Below, piece after piece: positions 27,218-32,000 of a stretch of DNA of 32,000 nt. Made by a program: the position numbers and the translations under genes. The notes below the pieces were generated by a model. That model searched no databases and was not told the DNA's origin. It was given only the letters and a program-made list of their open reading frames with translations. Origin of the DNA: Nostoc punctiforme PCC 73102 (GTDB lineage Bacteria > Cyanobacteriota > Cyanobacteriia > Cyanobacteriales > Nostocaceae); assembly GCF_000020025.1 (NCBI RefSeq), contig NC_010628.1, positions 3,780,001-3,812,000 of the forward strand, read 5' to 3'. The first letter of the stretch is position 1; each line of letters opens with the position of its first letter.

Positions 27218-27280
27218 ACAAATGACAAATGACAAATGACAAATTACGAATTACGAATTACGAATTACGAATTACGAATT
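27218..27280. repeat. Heptanucleotide tandem array (STRR-like), nine units of two types
   Basis: (ACAAATG)x3, one hybrid unit ACAAATT, then (ACGAATT)x5, lying between the convergent ClC and kinase genes. The last units encode the kinase C-terminal codons and its stop. Confidence 0.9.
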
Positions 27281-28692
27281 ATCGGCAAGTATATAGTAAA
27301 AGTTGCCCCTTGATTTGATGTGCTGCTGGCGATAATACTGCCTTGATGGGCTTCAATAATCCGCTTGGAAATTGCTAACCCCAGACCATTACCGCTACCT
27401 TTGCGTGCGGGGTCTGTTGTATAAAATTGCTCAAAAATTCTGGGTAAATCACCCTCTTTTATCCCTTTTCCCTGGTCTTGAATTTGAATAATAGCTTGTT
27501 TGCCTTGGCTGTATCCAGAAATAGATACTTGAGAATTGGCTGGTGAGTGCTTAATCGCATTATCCAACAAATTAAGGATCGCTTGTAATAACCGCTCTGG
27601 ATCGCCCTGAATCATTAGGTTTCCGACGTTAACCTGTGTAGAAATTCCCAAAGATAGCATTCGCGGTTCTAGTGCATTAACAGCACGGTTAATTAATCCA
27701 TGCAACGAGATGGGTTGCTTTTCTAGTTCAAAAACTCCTGCTTCCAAACGTCCTAAATCCAGCAAGTCATGAATCAATCGTGATAAACGCTTGGTTTCGT
27801 TTTCGATAGTTTGGAAAAAGCGATCGCGTAATTCTGGTTCTTCAGATGCTCCTGCTTTGAGTGCGTCTACTGTCACCTGAACGTTACTGATAGGGGTACG
27901 CAGTTCATGGGAGACATTGGCTAAAAACACCCGTCGCTCTTTGTCTAAGGAAGCTAACCGCTCACTCATGCGGTTGAGTTCTGCTGCCAATTGATCCAAC
28001 TCATTGTTTTCATGGATCGTTAGTTTATCGCCAAAATGACCGCCACCCAAGCGAATAGCAAAATTCTGCATAATCTCAATCGGTTTTGAGAGACTGCGAG
28101 CGAATCGACTGCTAATTAACGCACATAGTAGAATTGTTACTGCTAGCGTTCCCAAAATACTCCAAATTACCCTAGCAAACTGTCGCTGGAACTGCTCCAA
28201 AGTCATAGACATTCGGATTACGCCCAACAATTGACCGTTACGCTCAATAGGTCTGGTAATGTAGAGGCGATCGCTATTTGATAAAACGCCTTTGGCAACA
28301 CCTTGTTTTACACGATGTTGTAGAGCTTCCCGTATTCCCGGAACCTGAGACCAATCTTTAACTTGACTATCTAACCTTGGGTCAGAAGTGGCTAATAAAC
28401 TGCCTTGTGGATTAAAAACACGTAGGGTTATAGTTTGTGGTGCGCCATACCGTTGCACCAGCACCTTTACCTGTTTAATATCTTTTTCTTCTAGTCGATC
28501 TGCCACACTTTCACTTAACGCACTCGTCCAGTTATCCAAATCTACTTGTCGCGATCGCATAAAATAATCATGGAACGACCAAAGGATATAACCTGCCATC
28601 AGTGACGTTCCAAAAGCTGTTAGCATCAGGTATCTACCTAACAACTTGGCATAAATTGTATTTAATTTAATCCCAGGTATCCAGCCTCTCAT
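27265..28692 (-). CDS. Sensor histidine kinase (2 TM + periplasmic domain, HAMP, HisKA, HATPase_c)
   Basis: H-box SHELRTPIS, N-box LLDNAIKHS, G1 DQGKGI, G2 GNGLGLAI. A HAMP-like segment (PIEIMQNFAIRLGGGHFGDKL...LAAELNRM) follows the second TM helix. The start overlaps the regulator stop (ATGA at 28689-28692). Confidence 0.9.
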   Translation of the reverse strand: MRGWIPGIKLNTIYAKLLGRYLMLTAFGTSLMAGYILWSFHDYFMRSRQVDLDNWTSALSESVADRLEEKDIKQVKVLVQRYGAPQTITLRVFNPQGSLLATSDPRLDSQVKDWSQVPGIREALQHRVKQGVAKGVLSNSDRLYITRPIERNGQLLGVIRMSMTLEQFQRQFARVIWSILGTLAVTILLCALISSRFARSLSKPIEIMQNFAIRLGGGHFGDKLTIHENNELDQLAAELNRMSERLASLDKERRVFLANVSHELRTPISNVQVTVDALKAGASEEPELRDRFFQTIENETKRLSRLIHDLLDLGRLEAGVFELEKQPISLHGLINRAVNALEPRMLSLGISTQVNVGNLMIQGDPERLLQAILNLLDNAIKHSPANSQVSISGYSQGKQAIIQIQDQGKGIKEGDLPRIFEQFYTTDPARKGSGNGLGLAISKRIIEAHQGSIIASSTSNQGATFTIYLPIIRNS

Positions 28693-29066
28693 GAAGGCTG
28701 CTCCCCGGAACGACGACGCAATACTGCTTTGATACGTGCTAGTAGTTCGCGGGTGTTAAACGGCTTAGTAATATAATCATCTGCACCTGCTTCTAACCCC
28801 CAAATTTTATCAATATCCTCATCTTTAGCTGTAAGCATGACAATAGGTACATTGGAAAATGCTCGAATCCGCCAGCAAACTTCCATACCGTCAACTTCCG
28901 GTAACATCAAATCAAGCAAAATTACATCTGGTACTTGCTTGTGAAACTGTTTGATTGCACTATGTCCATCGGCGGCTGTAGTTACCGTGTAACCTTCTTT
29001 TTGTAGTGTATAGGTGAGACTCTCGCAAAGAGCCGCTTCATCATCTACAAGTAATACGTGTGGCAT
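28689..29066 (-). CDS. Response regulator, receiver domain only (OmpR-like receiver without a DNA-binding domain)
   Basis: 125 aa with acidic pocket VDDE, phospho-acceptor LLDLMLP, MLTAK and DDYITKPF. It ends right after the alpha-5 helix (ARIKAVLRRR), and the kinase gene starts immediately, leaving no room for an effector domain. Confidence 0.9.
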   Translation of the reverse strand: MPHVLLVDDEAALCESLTYTLQKEGYTVTTAADGHSAIKQFHKQVPDVILLDLMLPEVDGMEVCWRIRAFSNVPIVMLTAKDEDIDKIWGLEAGADDYITKPFNTRELLARIKAVLRRRSGEQPS

Positions 29067-29198
29067 TGTTGATTTTAAATTAGCGTGAGTTTTTTATAAT
29101 TATATGTTGTATAAACAGATATACTTTTGACATATTTCTCTCGGAGTTAATTTGTTAAATGGTAAAGACGAAACCCTTATAACCAAGGAAATTTAAGT

Positions 29199-30599
29199 TT
29201 AGTCATGAATGCTTAATTTAGTCTTGATTATTACTGTTCCCTGTTGGGGAAATTTTATCGTAAAACTTGTTCCGCCTCCTACTTCGCTATCTACATAAAT
29301 TTCTCCATGATGTATTTCTAAACACTTTTTAACCACAGCAAGTCCTAGTCCACTGCCAACAATCTTGCCTACATTATTAGCACGATGAAAAGGCTCAAAT
29401 AAATGCTCTTGAAATTCGCAAGGAATCCCTATCCCATTATCTTTAACCTGGAAAAATATTGCGGAGGATTCACAACTAAGAATTAAAAAAATACTTTCCT
29501 CTGGAGGTGAATATTTAATTGCATTTGAGAGTAAGTTACTCAGAACCGAATACAGTATATTTTCGTCTAATTTGGCATGAGTACAGTTCCCTTGGCTGAT
29601 AAATTTAATAGTATGCTGTTGTTGATTAGAAAATTGGAAGTCTTCGATCAAATTAATGCAAAATGCTTCCAAATCTATCAGTTCTGGATGAAATTCTAAT
29701 TTCCCAGCTTCTGCCCTAGTCAAAGTTAAAATATCGGTTAGTAACTGGTTAATTGACCTAGCTGAAGATTGAATGCGATACAGATTTTTAAGTTTCTTCT
29801 CTTCCGTCCACTGCTGATTACTTTGAGCCAGTAGTTGAGCCGACCCCAATATAATACTCAATGGTGTACGAAATTCATGGGATACCATTGAAAAAAATCG
29901 TAACTTCAATTCACTAAGTTCTTTTTCTTGAGCTAAAGTCTGTTGAATAGCTTCTGCTTCTTGGCGCTTTACTAATTGTTGATAAAGCAAAGCATAAACG
30001 CCTAATAAAATGGCAAAACTCAAGAAAGTACCGAGGAATTCAATCAACATCCGGTTGCGGATATTGTCTTGGGAATGTCTGACCGAGATTTGTAATAACT
30101 GTTCCTCCCTAGCTTGCATTTGAGTAAGCATTTCGCGAATTTGATTACGGTTTTGGTTGCTTTGAGTAAGTAGAGGTGCTTGAATAGCAAAGCTTGATTT
30201 ACCTACTTCTTTGAGGTTAATCGACTGTTTAGATAATTGAACTCTTTGAGCAATGAGGAATTTTAGCTTCGTTATTTGCTGCTGTTGATAAGAGTCATCA
30301 GCAAGTTGTTGCTGCAATTTTTTAACTTTGGCATCCAGGCTTTGCATTGCCTGATAGTAACGTTTGAGTTCTGATTGCTCTCTATATAGGATATAACCTC
30401 TGCGTCCTGCTTCTGCATCGGTTAGTGTAGCAAAGATGTCAATAACATTTTTCATTACCTCATGTGTGTCCTTCACTTGATTGCTACTTGTAATTAACTG
30501 AGTAGCGTTCTGGTAAGAAATCATACTAGCTGCACCCATTAATAATAAGCTCAAGCCAAAGCCAGAGGTTATCCATTTCCTTTCCAGCGACCATTTCAT
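29199..30599 (-). CDS. Sensor histidine kinase with N-terminal CHASE3-type extracytoplasmic domain
   Basis: 466 aa. A TM helix is followed by a coiled sensor region (..THEVMKNVIDIFATLTDAEAGRRGYILY..YYQAM..) typical of CHASE3 and then a second TM helix. H-box SHEFRTPLS, N-box LLSNAIKYS, DNGIGIP, GSGLGLAV. No cognate regulator is adjacent in the same operon. Confidence 0.85.
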   Translation of the reverse strand: MKWSLERKWITSGFGLSLLLMGAASMISYQNATQLITSSNQVKDTHEVMKNVIDIFATLTDAEAGRRGYILYREQSELKRYYQAMQSLDAKVKKLQQQLADDSYQQQQITKLKFLIAQRVQLSKQSINLKEVGKSSFAIQAPLLTQSNQNRNQIREMLTQMQAREEQLLQISVRHSQDNIRNRMLIEFLGTFLSFAILLGVYALLYQQLVKRQEAEAIQQTLAQEKELSELKLRFFSMVSHEFRTPLSIILGSAQLLAQSNQQWTEEKKLKNLYRIQSSARSINQLLTDILTLTRAEAGKLEFHPELIDLEAFCINLIEDFQFSNQQQHTIKFISQGNCTHAKLDENILYSVLSNLLSNAIKYSPPEESIFLILSCESSAIFFQVKDNGIGIPCEFQEHLFEPFHRANNVGKIVGSGLGLAVVKKCLEIHHGEIYVDSEVGGGTSFTIKFPQQGTVIIKTKLSIHD

Positions 30600-30916
30600 A
30601 GAAAAAATTAATTAATCATTAATGGTTCAGAGTCCATATCTTATCCAAGACCTTACATCAAAGTAAAGATTTTTCCAATAAAAGCAATAAAAGCTTAGTT
30701 CATAATTACTTGTATTACTAACCGATTTTTACCCGATTTTTGCCCTTTATCTCCACAGCTATTTGTTAAAATACTTTTAAAATCAACTCCTTCTGCAATT
30801 GTGCATCACATTAAGTATTCTTCAAATAAATTTAACTGTTTATTTGGAGAAATTTTATTTTCTTTATATTTATATAGGTAAAACCAAGATTTAATAATTG
30901 AGGAAATCAAATTGCC

Positions 30917-32000
30917 GTGTCATCCTTTAAAACTTTTGCAGAGAAACAATCACAAGTTCAGACTTTACCTACTTCTGAGTTTTTGAAAAAGGTCGGTCAA
31001 GTAACTGGTGGCACACTCCTATCAATTACTATGCTATCAAGCTCCGTGCTGGCTGGAGGGTTAGTTGGTTTAGCCATTAGTTTCCGCGATTTACCAGATG
31101 TTAGACAACTACGAAGCTTTGTACCTTCAGAAACAACTTATATCTATGATATTAAAGGCAAGCTTTTAACACGTATACATGGGGAAGCTAATCGCCAAGT
31201 AGTGCCTTTAGATCAAATTTCCCCAAATTTAAAACGAGCTGTATTAGCTAGTGAAGATAGTCGCTTTTATGAGCATCATGGTATTAATCCCGGTGGTATT
31301 GGACGCGCTGCATTAGTCAATTTTGCATCTGGGGAAGTGCGAGAGGGTGGTTCTACAATCACCATGCAGTTAGTGAAAAATATTTTCTTATCTCAAAAAC
31401 GTGCTTTTACCCGAAAAATAGCAGAAGCAGTATTAGCAATTCGCTTAGAGCAAGTTCTTAGTAAAGATGAAATATTAGAAATGTACCTCAATCAAGTTTA
31501 CTGGGGTCATAATAACTATGGTGTTCAGACAGCAGCACGCACTTATTTTAAAAAATCAGCACAAAATTTGAATCTGGGCGAATCAGCAATGATGGCGGGT
31601 TTAATTCAAGCTCCAGAAGAATTTAGCCCGTTTGTCAGCATGAAGCTGGCAAAACAAAAACAAAAAGAAGTATTGGGGCGAATGTTAGACCTGAATTGGA
31701 TTAGCCAACAAGAGTATAATGATGCCCTCAAACAAAAAATTAAACTTGGTCAAATTAGGTCATTTCAAGGTAGCGCTTTGCCTTATATTACCAACACCGT
31801 AGCTCAGGAATTAATTAAAAAGTTTGGGCGTGAAACATTGCTCAAAGGAGGAATGCAGGTACAAACTACAGTAGATACTAGCTTCCAAATGATGGCAGAA
31901 AAAACTATTAAGAAGTGGCATCAAACCCTTGAACGTCAGGGATTAAATAATAATCAAATGGCTCTAGTGGCAATTGATCCTCGCACACATTTTGTTAAAG
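30917..32000 (+). CDS. Class A penicillin-binding protein (transglycosylase/transpeptidase), 5' part; runs off the window
   Basis: My own translation from GTG 30917, with GAGGAA 11 nt upstream and an in-frame stop at 30899. It gives a TM anchor (LLSITMLSSSVLAGGLVGLAI) and GT51 motifs EDSRFYEHHGI, GGSTITMQLVKN and RKIAEAVLAIRLE. The frame is open to position 32000. It is absent from the ORF track because it is truncated by the window edge. Confidence 0.9.
   Translation, partial: MSSFKTFAEKQSQVQTLPTSEFLKKVGQVTGGTLLSITMLSSSVLAGGLVGLAISFRDLPDVRQLRSFVPSETTYIYDIKGKLLTRIHGEANRQVVPLDQISPNLKRAVLASEDSRFYEHHGINPGGIGRAALVNFASGEVREGGSTITMQLVKNIFLSQKRAFTRKIAEAVLAIRLEQVLSKDEILEMYLNQVYWGHNNYGVQTAARTYFKKSAQNLNLGESAMMAGLIQAPEEFSPFVSMKLAKQKQKEVLGRMLDLNWISQQEYNDALKQKIKLGQIRSFQGSALPYITNTVAQELIKKFGRETLLKGGMQVQTTVDTSFQMMAEKTIKKWHQTLERQGLNNNQMALVAIDPRTHFVK

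Noticed and set aside
1-32000. CRISPR arrays, tRNA, rRNA, tmRNA
   Set aside because: I found no regularly spaced 25-40-bp direct repeats, no T-loop-type GGTTCGA(A/G)TCC motifs and no rRNA-like conserved blocks. The only tandem array is the heptamer repeat at 27218-27280.

Overview
This looks like DNA from a filamentous, Nostocales-type cyanobacterium. That is my inference from roughly two dozen HIP1 octamers (GCGATCGC, counted by eye), a heptamer tandem array, very AT-rich spacers and the gene content.

Layout, left to right:
- 0-2.4 kb: a DUF3102-family gene on the minus strand, bracketed by two copies of a ~90-bp TIR repeat. Next to it is a 310-bp internally deleted ISAs1-type element with a perfect 10-bp target duplication.
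- 2.6-6.1 kb: a translationally coupled DevBCA/MacAB-type tripartite ABC exporter (HlyD adaptor, FtsX-type permease, ATPase).
- 6.1-13.9 kb: an insertion-sequence graveyard. It holds a 132-bp foldback MITE, a broken ISKra4-like transposase gene, an IS4-family element, a very AT-rich orphan cassette, two IS630-family elements, and a 5'-truncated, frameshifted DUF262/DUF1524 (GmrSD-like) gene.
- 12.5-16.5 kb: a small HTH-like ORF split by IS630, then a 413-aa unknown protein, then a complete C5 cytosine methyltransferase.
- 16.5-27.2 kb: a GAF protein, a SulP-STAS anion transporter, a tandem-Usp protein, a 1.2-kb AT-rich spacer, two acyltransferases, a small membrane protein, and a ClC channel fused to two CBS and two Usp domains.
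- 27.2-30.6 kb: a heptamer repeat array, a histidine kinase with a receiver-only response regulator, and a CHASE3 kinase.
- 30.9 kb to the end: the 5' part of a class A penicillin-binding protein.

I saw no rRNA, tRNA or CRISPR array, and I cannot point to an intact, clearly novel multi-gene system. The most interesting signals are:
- a ~55-nt GC-rich hairpin element caught inside two unrelated transposase genes;
- the HTH / 413-aa / methyltransferase unit that reappears when the IS630 copy is removed in silico;
- the orphan AT-rich cassette trapped between two IS elements.

All family assignments come from motif recognition by eye, not from searches.
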